The notes below the pieces were generated by a model. It saw nothing but the letters and a program-made list of their open reading frames with translations, had not been told where the DNA came from and did no database searches. A DNA stretch of 64,000 nt. It comes from Nitrospira sp. (GTDB lineage: Bacteria > Nitrospirota > Nitrospiria > Nitrospirales > Nitrospiraceae). Position numbers and translations under genes: made by a program. Where the stretch lies: NCBI GenBank assembly GCA_049840695.1, contig JASGJV010000005.1:34129-98128 (forward strand), written 5' to 3'. Shown piece after piece: positions 1 to 8,961 of the stretch (position 1 is its first letter; every line of letters starts with the position of its first letter).

Positions 1-118
1 CATCTCACGATAACATCCAGAGCCGCCTGATTCAAACCCTTGGCCCCTTGGCGGTTTCTTGACAACCCTCTGCTCTTTGCTAAGGTTGCTACAGGCAACC
101 CTCCTAGGTGTGATCAAT

Positions 119-1678
119 ATGAGGACATTATCTATGCGCGCCAGCCTGATCATCCTCTCATGCAGTCTCATGGGTGTAACGGCCATTCCTGTTTACGCTC
201 AGAATGCGCAAAGCGTGCGACTGGGTGAGGCAGCCTTGACCTATGCCGCCGGGTCGATCAGACAGGACATGCCGATCGAGGGCGTCATCAATGTCATTAC
301 TGGCGACAATCAATTGTCCGGGAATCGGATGATGCTGGGCTGGTCCGGGACGGACACGCTGTATCTTAAGCTGAAAAACCCAGGCGAAGCGGCGCTCGGT
401 GACCTGTACACCGTGTATCGGCGGTCTCGGAAGGTGTTCCACCCCATTACCAAGCAGTATCTCGGATATGTCATCAATCGGGTCGGTGTGGTGAAAGTCG
501 TTCAACTGGATCCGGTGTTGGTAGGGGTACAGGTTGTTCGGTCTTACGCACCGCTTTCGCCCGGCGATCCGGTTATGCGCTTTACGCCTCCAGCCGCGGA
601 GGAAGTTAGCGAGCCTGTGTCTTCAGGGCCAGATGTGGAAGGTATGATCGTCGAGTTACAGGCTGACAAACACATGTCGCTCGTGTCGCAGGGTAATGTG
701 GTGTACCTCGATAAGGGCCACGACGATGGGCTCCGATCCGGGGACTCTATGGAGGTGTTTCGTACGGGTGGCGGCTTGCCCGAGCGAAAGATCGGGGAAG
801 TGAAAGTGCTTTCGACGGAACCTCACACAGCCACTGCGGTATTGTCCAAGGCTTCGGCGCGCGCCCTTGTGGGAGATCGTCTTCGTTCCAAGCAAGGAGT
901 GTCCGTCGAAGCCATGCAACCCGACAGCGGAGCGATTGATCGTCAGGCTGCCAATGTGCAGCCTGTGATGGTGGCGAAGGCGGATGCTTCCGTCCGTGAT
1001 GCGAATGAAGCCCGTTCGACTGGGAAGGCGAAACTCGAACGCGTTCGTGGAAGCCAGCGACTCAACCTTGACGATCTGGCGGACCAGTTGGAATACGAGT
1101 CCGGGGAAGTCAAAGTGAAACCCGCCGGAGTACCCATCCTTGAAAAATTGACCGAGTATTTGACGACAACGGCCAGCGCCCAGCAGGTTCGCGTCGAAGG
1201 TCACTCCGATAACATGGAAATCGGTCCGTCCTTGAAGGGCCTATTTCCAACCAATTGGGAATTGTCCAAGGCCCGGGCGGCAGAGATTGTGCGCTATCTG
1301 GTCGAGAAGGGTGGAATGGACTCCGCGAAGCTGTCTGCCGTGGGGTATGGAGCGACCCGGCCGGTGGCGGGCAACGGAACCGAAGAGGGACGTAAGAGAA
1401 ACCGCCGCATTGAAGTCGTACTGGAGTCCCTCGAAGAGGCAGCTCCAGCGCAACCGGTGAAAGCCTCGGTCGATGAAACGGCATCGGTATCGACACAGTT
1501 TTCGTATAACCAGATGAATTCCGTGTCAGTGAATCCGACGAGCGTGCCGGTGTCGGAGGTGCCGCCTGGACCGGCTCCGATGGATGTGACAACAGATCGT
1601 GGCCCAATAGCACCTGATGCCGGAGTGCCGGCCTCTCCCGCCGATGGCATGCCACCAGCGCCTGCCCCTGGCTTGTAG
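119..1678 (+). CDS. Exported TsaP/FlgT_C-like domain protein with C-terminal OmpA/MotB peptidoglycan-binding domain
   Basis: ORF 59..1678; ATG at 119 follows AGGTG and begins a signal-peptide-like stretch. VVYLDKGHDDGLRSGD is a FlgT_C/TsaP-type motif. VEGHSDN...NWELSKARA...GYGATRP...NRRIE is an OmpA/MotB motif set. Pro-rich tail. Confidence 0.8.
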   Translation: MRTLSMRASLIILSCSLMGVTAIPVYAQNAQSVRLGEAALTYAAGSIRQDMPIEGVINVITGDNQLSGNRMMLGWSGTDTLYLKLKNPGEAALGDLYTVYRRSRKVFHPITKQYLGYVINRVGVVKVVQLDPVLVGVQVVRSYAPLSPGDPVMRFTPPAAEEVSEPVSSGPDVEGMIVELQADKHMSLVSQGNVVYLDKGHDDGLRSGDSMEVFRTGGGLPERKIGEVKVLSTEPHTATAVLSKASARALVGDRLRSKQGVSVEAMQPDSGAIDRQAANVQPVMVAKADASVRDANEARSTGKAKLERVRGSQRLNLDDLADQLEYESGEVKVKPAGVPILEKLTEYLTTTASAQQVRVEGHSDNMEIGPSLKGLFPTNWELSKARAAEIVRYLVEKGGMDSAKLSAVGYGATRPVAGNGTEEGRKRNRRIEVVLESLEEAAPAQPVKASVDETASVSTQFSYNQMNSVSVNPTSVPVSEVPPGPAPMDVTTDRGPIAPDAGVPASPADGMPPAPAPGL

Positions 1679-1837
1679 TCGAAGCCGAGGCTGGCTTCTC
1701 GCAAGAAGCCGGCCGTCGTCCAGTGCCTTCCGGTAGCCTCTCTCCTTATCTGAACTCGTTATCTGTTCGGGCTCCTTCGTCGGATGAGCTGATCCGCTCG
1801 TCATTGTTGCCTCGGGCAGGTGTTGCTAGAATGCCGC

Positions 1838-4155
1838 ATGCTCGACCCACCTTTGCAGCAAGTCAACGAGATGATGCCTGCGCCTTCTCCGGCGTATGTT
1901 GATGTGGTATTGCCACGCCGGCTTCATCGACCGTTTACCTATATTATCCCGTCTGAGCTCAAGGGCCGCGTCGCCATCGGACGTTCGGTGGTTGTGCCCT
2001 TTGGCTCACAAGACCTTCACGGTCTTGTGATTGCGGTGTATCACCGTCTGCCACATGGTGCCCCGCAGAGGGGCCTTAAAGCGATTCGTTCGTTGAGTGC
2101 GGCCTCATCGGATCATCTGCTCACTGCTGACCAAATCGGGCTCAGTCGCTGGATTGCGGAACGGTATGCCGCACCGTGGGGGCAATGTATCAAACTCGTT
2201 CTGCCCCCTGTTGATCGAGTGGGCCCGTCTCAGCCGCGATATGTGCCGACTGCGCAGGGCCTTGCGACGCCCTCGTCCGTCGAGCCGTTGGGAGACACCG
2301 AAACAGAGTTGCTTGCCCGCTTACGCCGACGTCCCAAGGGTATCGTGACGACGACTCTTCTGAAGGGTGACAAGTCCCGCAACACCCTTGCCTTACAGGC
2401 ACTGGTCCAAAAAGGGCTGGTAAGTCGTTGTGAGGATCCGGTCGCCCCGAAAATCGGCCGTCCTACAAAACAGAAGGGCCAACTGTCGGGAGGCGGACTT
2501 CCCATGGAATCGGTGGAGGTTGCTGATGGTCTCGAGCTGCCTCACTCGGAAGCCATGCGATGGCCGGCTGTTCTGGAACAGGCATTGGCGAAGAAGGCTT
2601 TCGTCTCCTTGCTCCTGGAGGGGAACCACCGTACCAGACATGGGTGTCTGGTACAAGCGGTCCAAGCGACCATTCGTCTCGGGAGGAAGGTGTTCATTCT
2701 CACGGGTGACGTGGAGCACGCGAGTCGATTGGCTGGATCTCTCGCCGCAGGAGGCGAACAGCCGATGCTCCTGCACAGCGGGCTATCGATGAAGGCACGG
2801 GCGGCGGTCTGGCAGGCGGCGCAAGAAGGTTCGGTCAAGATTCTGATCGGCACCCGCATGGCGGCCTTTGCTCCTCTGGCGGGGCTTGGCCTCGTACTGG
2901 GTGGAAGGTGGAGGACGATGCGTCTCTCAAAGAAGAGCAGGTGCCTCGGTATCATGCGCGAGAGGTTGCCCACTATCGTGCTTCCCGTGACGGTGCGCTG
3001 TTAGTGCTCGCCTCGAACCATCCGTCTCTCGAGAGTCTGTTGGCGGTTCAGGAAGGACGCATGACGGCCTGTGTCTATCGTGATCCGGGGGAACTGCCGA
3101 CCGTGCAAGTGATCGACATGAAAGACTCTCCCAGAGACGCTTCCGGCGGGACAGTATTGTCGCCTCTTCTCACCGAAGGACTGCGTGACGCATTGCGGCA
3201 GAACGCCTTGTCGATCCTGTACCTGAATCGCAAAGGGTTTGCGAGTGTGCTGCATTGCGGAGATTGCGGGGCCATGCCGCAGTGCGATGCTTGTAGTGTC
3301 GCGCTGACATTCTTCAGGCGGCGCAATCATGTCCGGTGTCACTACTGTGGCCGGACCAAACCTGTGCCCGAACATTGTCCCCGATGCCAGTCGCTCAAGT
3401 TAGAACCGGTGGGATCAGGGACGGAACGTGTCGAAGAGGCTGTCCGACGCCTGTTTCCGCAGGCGCGGATCGGTCGTGTGGATGGCGAAACGATTCGTCG
3501 TCCTGCCGATGCACGGGCCTTGGATCGCCTGTTGGCCGCAGGGGAGCTCGATATCTTGATCGGGACACAGATGATATTCCGCTTTGCTCTTGAGGGCAGG
3601 GCGTTGTTTGCCGCTCTGCCGGACGCGGATGCCGGTCTCCACATTCCAGATTTCCGTTCTGCGGAACGGTTATATCACGCCCTTCGTGACGCCGCCGAGC
3701 TGGCCCGTCCCGCCTCTGCCGGTGGCCGGCTTCTCATACAGACGCGCTTGGCAGACCATCATGCGATTATGGCGCTGTCCTGTGGTGACGAAGAGGTATT
3801 TGTGAAACAGGAGGAGGCCTTCCGGCAGATGCTTCAGTACCCGCCCTGGACGTGCCTGGTCAGGCTGGATGTGTCCGGAACGAAGGAGACGGTAGTATCT
3901 CACGCTGCCGATCGCTGGGCGGCATTGCTGAAAGCACAGGCGGCAGGCAAGGACCCGACGGTTCTGGTCTTGGGCCCGTCTCCCGCGCCGCATGTTCTGA
4001 GGCGAGGTCGGTACTGTTGGCAGATTCTGATCAAATCCGTTTCTCTGGAGGCCGGGAAGGAGATAGCCGTGCGGACACGTGAGGACTTGGAGCACGAATC
4101 ACGCCGCGGCGGGCTCCGATACGATATTGACGTCGATCCGGTCTCGATGGCGTGA
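1838..4155 (+). CDS. priA: Primosomal protein N' (PriA)-like, split by an apparent frameshift at about 2897-2910; helicase motifs degenerate
   Basis: ORF 1820..3004 has the N-terminal 3'-DNA-binding domain (VDVVLP..FTY..VVVPFG) and IGTRMAAFAP. ORF 2908..4155 has PRYHAREVA, LNRKGF, four CxxC pairs, GSGTERVEE and the GPSPAP...IDVDP C-terminus. Removing C2897 and G2910 joins the frames as LGLVWVEGEDDASLKEE. Confidence 0.85.
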
Positions 4156-4161
4156 GGCGAG

Positions 4162-4602
4162 TCAGCCACGTGAGCGTTTCTTCTTGCCTCTCGGCGTGGC
4201 CGGTCGGCCCCCCTGCACCGGAACCGGCGGGGCATTCTGTGCTCGCAGCCGTTTGAACAGGCCAAGGGCAAACGTGACCCAGAACACCGAGGTGAACAGA
4301 CCGAATAGCACAGCATTCAGAATCGTTCCCATCTGTTCTTCCGTCGGCTGAATCCCCTCCATCCGGATGCGCACCATGGTCACAATTGGCCAGGTCATGC
4401 TTTCAATGCCAAGCCCCAATGTTGTCCAGGCCCATACGGCCCCGATGCTGCGCCCTCGCCAGAGAAGAAATGCGGTCGCCGCAACGGCGACGAGCAGCGT
4501 CCAGACAAGTCCTGCCTGGTCCCACATGACAAAGATGCCGCCGGCGACCACCAGGCCGCCCAGTAATGCGTTGAGTTGGGGAGTCCACCAGGTCATGATC
4601 AT
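4162..4602 (-). CDS. Hypothetical integral membrane protein (about 4 TM helices, basic C-tail)
   Basis: 146-aa ORF with several hydrophobic segments; convergent with priA. Confidence 0.7.
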   Translation of the reverse strand: MIMTWWTPQLNALLGGLVVAGGIFVMWDQAGLVWTLLVAVAATAFLLWRGRSIGAVWAWTTLGLGIESMTWPIVTMVRIRMEGIQPTEEQMGTILNAVLFGLFTSVFWVTFALGLFKRLRAQNAPPVPVQGGRPATPRGKKKRSRG

Positions 4603-4708
4603 GGTCTCGTTGACGGGTGTAGGGAGACGAAAGCGGGCGTAGTGTGCGGATGGATCGGCTAGAAGTCAATGGACCGCCGTGCCGAGAAAATCGAGCAGGC
4701 GTGTTTCG

Positions 4709-5080
4709 TTAGCCGGCAATCTCAGCCTGAACGGCGTCCAGCAGCTGTTGCATCTCGAAGGGTTTTTGGAGCGTGCGGCGGGCGCCGAGCATGCGGGCGA
4801 CATCCAGGAAATTGAGGATGCCGATCATGTCGCTTCCGCCGGTGATGGCCATGATTTTGGCGTGGGGGAATTCTCGCCGCAAGGTCAAAATGCTCTCCAA
4901 GCCGTCCTGGTCCGGCATGAGAATATCCATGATCACCAAATCGGCGGGCGCTTGACGATAGTGTGACAAGCCTTCTTTGCCATCGGCGGCTTCTTGAACG
5001 CGATAGCCTGCCTGCTCAAGCGTGCTGCGGATAAGCCGGCGAATCGCTTCTTCGTCGTCCACAATCAACACCGATGGCAT
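4709..5080 (-). CDS. Single-domain response regulator (receiver)
   Basis: MPSVLIVDDEE...DLVIMDILMPDQDGLE...AITGG...LQKPF; ATG at 5080 follows GAGGA. Confidence 0.9.
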   Translation of the reverse strand: MPSVLIVDDEEAIRRLIRSTLEQAGYRVQEAADGKEGLSHYRQAPADLVIMDILMPDQDGLESILTLRREFPHAKIMAITGGSDMIGILNFLDVARMLGARRTLQKPFEMQQLLDAVQAEIAG

Positions 5081-5159
5081 AACGTTCCTCGCAGGAGTTC
5101 TAGTGATGGCCCCTCTGGTGGAGGGTTGTGCGGCCGTCCAGAGGTGGCGGTTTCGGATT

Positions 5160-6797
5160 CTATGAGTTGCCGGCACTCATTGCGAATCTATCGCTCTTTG
5201 TCGCGCTCAGCAAGAAATTCCTTCTGTCCTGTGATGTCTGATGCGTCTGCTCGAGGCGACTCTGGTGCGCCGATAGACCCGGGGGAAATATCGCAGGCAA
5301 GTAGACTTCGATCGTCGTTCCCTGGCCGACCGTGCTGGTGGACCGGAGCGTTCCCCCATGCTCGCTCACGATGCGTTGAACCCCTGCGAGTTCCGTTGCC
5401 GCCTGGGTTCCATCAGGGAGGTGGGCGAACAACGGCCCAATTTTATGACGATGGTCTTGGGCACTGACTTCCTCGCCTGTATCGGACACAGTGAGGCAGA
5501 CGTAGTGGCGAGGACGAAGTGGAAGATCCTGCGCGTTCGTCGATTGGGTGAGGTCGACATTGTCGAGGCGCACCTCGAGGATGCCCCCGTCCGGTTTCAT
5601 GGCCAACTCGCAATGGGCTAGGAGCTTCACGCAGACTTGGTGAATCTGTGTCGGGTCGGCATAAATCGGATGAGTAGCCCCGGGAATCCACTCGCGAAGG
5701 CTAATGTTATCCGGCAGGGTCCCCTTCAAGAGCCTCAGCGTTTCTTTCAGCAGGATATCGAGCGAGACTGGTTGCTTGATGCCTTCTGCCTGGCGGCCGA
5801 ACATGAGCATCTGGGTCACCAGATCTCTCGCTCGTTTCGATGCAAGGACCACTTGCTGGACATGACCATAGACGCGACTGTCGGGCACAAGTAACGGCAG
5901 GGCGAGGTCGGAAAATCCCATGATGGCCGTCAGGCAGTTATTGAACTCATGTGCGATGCCGCCGGCAAGGGTCGCCACCGCCGCCATTTTGTGCGACCGG
6001 CTCACCTGTGCTGCGGCGTCTTTTTGTCCGGTGATATCTGTGGTCAGGACTTGAATGGCCGGGTGGCCATCAAAGGTAACCTGGCTTGCCACCAATTCCA
6101 GATCAACACGCGTTCCATCGGGGCGTACGTACTGTCGCTCGATGGGAGTGGCGGATTCCGTCCCATGAACGGGGTTTGCCAGGGGAAGATCCTGCAGGAA
6201 TTCTTTCGGGAAAACGTCCGACAGGAAGCGTCCTTCTACAGAGGATGCTGGCGGTAGAGTAAAAAGCCGCACGCCCGCGTCATTCATGAAAAGAATCGTC
6301 TCGTCCGCATAGACCAGGATCGGATGAGGCGACAGCGCGGCCAAGCTCCGGTAGCGGTCTTCGCAGGCATGTAAGGCTTCCAGTGCCAGATGTCGCGGGG
6401 TGATATCGCGGATCATGCCCACGTATCCGCTGGGTGGAGCTCCATCTGCGCGTAGGGGAAATGCTTCGGCCATCACCCAGCGGAATGATCCGTCCGGTCG
6501 GTGAAAGCGAAATTCGCGTGAAAAGCTCCGGGCCTGCTCGGTGGCCGCCACCCATTCGGTGACAATCACGTCGCGGTCTTCAGGAGCAAGAGCCGTGAGC
6601 CAACATGCTGCTGATGTCGGTGTCGTGGGAAGTCCGGCCATGCGGCGCAGGCGTTCATTGAGATAGAGGGTATGCCCATCCGGGTCCGACAGGAAAATGC
6701 CGATCGAAGCCTGGCCGGATAAGGTACGGAGAACGGCCTCTATCGACCGGAAATCTCCCCAGGAAGGGAAGGCCGCTGCCAAGTCTTGTGCGCTCAC
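5160..6797 (-). CDS. Cytoplasmic PAS-PAS-HisKA sensor with degenerate ATP-binding domain
   Basis: Two PAS/PAC domains (each ending DIT); H-box LAGGIAHEFNN; HATPase-like C-terminus with altered N, G1 and G2 boxes. Confidence 0.85.
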   Translation of the reverse strand: MSAQDLAAAFPSWGDFRSIEAVLRTLSGQASIGIFLSDPDGHTLYLNERLRRMAGLPTTPTSAACWLTALAPEDRDVIVTEWVAATEQARSFSREFRFHRPDGSFRWVMAEAFPLRADGAPPSGYVGMIRDITPRHLALEALHACEDRYRSLAALSPHPILVYADETILFMNDAGVRLFTLPPASSVEGRFLSDVFPKEFLQDLPLANPVHGTESATPIERQYVRPDGTRVDLELVASQVTFDGHPAIQVLTTDITGQKDAAAQVSRSHKMAAVATLAGGIAHEFNNCLTAIMGFSDLALPLLVPDSRVYGHVQQVVLASKRARDLVTQMLMFGRQAEGIKQPVSLDILLKETLRLLKGTLPDNISLREWIPGATHPIYADPTQIHQVCVKLLAHCELAMKPDGGILEVRLDNVDLTQSTNAQDLPLRPRHYVCLTVSDTGEEVSAQDHRHKIGPLFAHLPDGTQAATELAGVQRIVSEHGGTLRSTSTVGQGTTIEVYLPAIFPPGLSAHQSRLEQTHQTSQDRRNFLLSATKSDRFAMSAGNS

Positions 6798-7202
6798 ACG
6801 TCACTCCTTCATACGCGCTGAGGGAACTGATGCGGCCAGCAGTGCCGCCCACCGTAGAGTTTGCCCGGCTGGTGGTAATGGCCCTCTGGAATCATGGAGG
6901 GCACAAATACGTATCTCAGGGCGCTTCATAGCCTGCAGGATTCGCATCATATCACCAAGCCAGATCGTGTGGTGAGAGATGATTGAAATTCTGCAACGTA
7001 ATTGGGCCCTATCGCACTAGGGCCATTTATCTGCGTGAAGGGCGGCACGGGATGCCACCGGCCCATAGTTATTCGCAGGGGAAACGATTGTGATGCGCTG
7101 ATGGGTGTGTGCTGGAAGAAGGAGACTCGCTGAGGGTCGCTTCGCGTTCCGTTCCCACTCCAGACTGCAGGAAGTGGAAGGCCCGTCTGCTATTGCTGAG
7201 TT

Positions 7203-7286
7203 TGGTGCCGAAGGCGGGACTTGAACCCGCACGGCTTGCGCCACACGCCCCTCAAACGTGCGTGTCTGCCATTCCACCACTTCGGC
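7203..7286 (-). tRNA. tRNA-Leu(GAG)
   Basis: Reverse complement GCCGAAGTGGTGGAATGGCAGAC...CACGT-TTGAGGG-GCGTG...GGTTCAAGTCCCGCCTTCGGCACCA; long variable arm; encoded CCA. Confidence 0.97.
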
Positions 7287-7393
7287 AACCGAATCGCTCT
7301 CTGTCGACACATGAGGCAGGCTACCGACGAGCCGAAAGCCGATGCTGAATTGGCCGTTCTCGCTACGTAGTCCACAGACCTCAGAGGAAGCGC

Positions 7394-7423
7394 ATTATAG
7401 AAGTGGTCCAAAATGCTTGTCAA
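7394..7423 (-). promoter_or_regulatory. Sigma70-type promoter for tRNA-Leu(GAG)
   Basis: Minus strand TTGACA-N18-TATAAT followed by a GC-rich discriminator (GCGC). Confidence 0.75.
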
Positions 7424-7513
7424 TCAACTAGTTGTCCGGTAGAATCTGACGCGTGCTGCGTGGACACGTGGCATCCCCTTCCCATTACAGCGATCAGCGG
7501 ACCAACGTTCGAG

Positions 7514-8209
7514 ATGACGCCTCTCTCAGCCCCACATATTTCACACACAAGCCGGCAGACAGACATCGCCGCGCTCTTCGACGTCGACAACACGTTGCTC
7601 CCCGGACAAGCCAGCGAAGTGCGGTTTTTTCGCTTTCTCTGGAAGCGAGGACTGGTGGGATGGCGTGAGGTTCGGAACAGCATTGAATGGGTGCTGCGAT
7701 GCGCGCCTCCGGTTTCGTTGCATCCGTTGCGGGAGCGCAAGCTCTATTTGGCTGGAAAGGGGGCGGCTGAGGTCGAGGCGTTGGCCGAAGAATTTTGCCG
7801 TACCGAATTATGTCCTCGCCTGTCTGCGCAGGGTCTCTCCCGCATGGATGAGCACCGTCGAGCCGGGCATCATATTGTGCTAGTCACTGGCTCTCTCGAT
7901 TTCCTGATTGCTCCGCTAGCTTCATTGCTGGAGGTGCCGACCCTGCTAGCCGCCAGGCTGGAACAGCAGGAACAACAGTTTACGGGGCATGTCTGTGCAC
8001 CGCTTCCGTATGGTCCGGGTAAACGTGAACTGATTGCGCGACTCACGCGGGACTCAGGCATTGATTTGGCCCAGTCTTTTGCCTACGGCGATAGCCCCGG
8101 CGACGTCGAATTACTCGAAATGGTAGGTCATCCGTTGGTCGTGAATCCCATTCGAGGGATGGACCGAATCGCGCAGCGAAATGGGTGGCCGATGACCACA
8201 TGGACATGA
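7514..8209 (+). CDS. HAD-IB family hydrolase (SerB-like)
   Basis: ALFDVDNTL (motif I), LVTGS (II), YGPGK (III), AYGDSPGD (IV). Start uncertain (ORF opens at 7403). Confidence 0.88.
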   Translation: MTPLSAPHISHTSRQTDIAALFDVDNTLLPGQASEVRFFRFLWKRGLVGWREVRNSIEWVLRCAPPVSLHPLRERKLYLAGKGAAEVEALAEEFCRTELCPRLSAQGLSRMDEHRRAGHHIVLVTGSLDFLIAPLASLLEVPTLLAARLEQQEQQFTGHVCAPLPYGPGKRELIARLTRDSGIDLAQSFAYGDSPGDVELLEMVGHPLVVNPIRGMDRIAQRNGWPMTTWT

Positions 8210-8898
8210 ACGTCTCCTCGGGCCCATCTTCACACCGTGACTCGTCACATCGATCCGCGATGCTCAGAGTAACGGAAATATTTCACAGCATTCAGGGCGA
8301 GTCCACGCACGCGGGTCGGCCCTGCGTGTTCATCCGTTTGACGGGATGCCCCTTGCGGTGTACCTGGTGTGATACGGCCTATGCATTTTACGGCGGCCGA
8401 GATCTGACGGAGGACGACGTTGTCGCGCAGGTCCGGGCCTTCGGGTGCAATCTGGTGGAAGTGACCGGCGGCGAGCCGCTCAGCCAGGCGGCATCTCTGC
8501 CATTGTTAAAGAGGCTCTGCGACGAGGGATTCGAGGTGCTCCTGGAAACGAGTGGCGCTGTCGATACGTCGGGCGTGGATGAGCGAGTTCACGTCGTGCT
8601 CGATATGAAATGTCCGGGAAGTGGCATGACCGAGCGCATATATTGGCCGAATGTCGATCGGCTAACGCCTCGCGATGAAGTGAAGTTTGTCATTAAGGAC
8701 CGGACCGATTATGAGTGGGCGCGTGAGGTGATGCGCAGACGGAATCTGGCGGCGCGCTGCACGGTGCTGATGAGTCCCGTCTTTGGCGAAGTTGGTGCGC
8801 GACAGTTGGCGGAATGGGTGCTGGCTGATCGATTGCCGGTCAGGTTTCAGTTGCAACTGCACAAGCAGATTTGGTCGCCCGATATGCGCGGGGTGTAA
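8206..8898 (+). CDS. queE: 7-carboxy-7-deazaguanine synthase (radical SAM)
   Basis: EIFHSIQGE, FIRLTGCPLRCTWCDT, VTGGEPL, LQLHKQIW; ATGA overlap with upstream stop. Confidence 0.92.
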   Translation: MNVSSGPSSHRDSSHRSAMLRVTEIFHSIQGESTHAGRPCVFIRLTGCPLRCTWCDTAYAFYGGRDLTEDDVVAQVRAFGCNLVEVTGGEPLSQAASLPLLKRLCDEGFEVLLETSGAVDTSGVDERVHVVLDMKCPGSGMTERIYWPNVDRLTPRDEVKFVIKDRTDYEWAREVMRRRNLAARCTVLMSPVFGEVGARQLAEWVLADRLPVRFQLQLHKQIWSPDMRGV

Positions 8899-8961
8899 AC
8901 TCCGCCGGTTGGCGAACCTCGACATGGGGGAACAGAGAACGGCAAGAACCAGGGAGGATTG

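Noticed and set aside
5160-5290. Possible homopolymer frameshift in the sensor C-terminus (another frame gives PGSIGAPESPRADASDITGQKEFLAERDKER*)
   Set aside because: Both tails are low-information and lie after the last conserved motif; cannot decide without orthologs.
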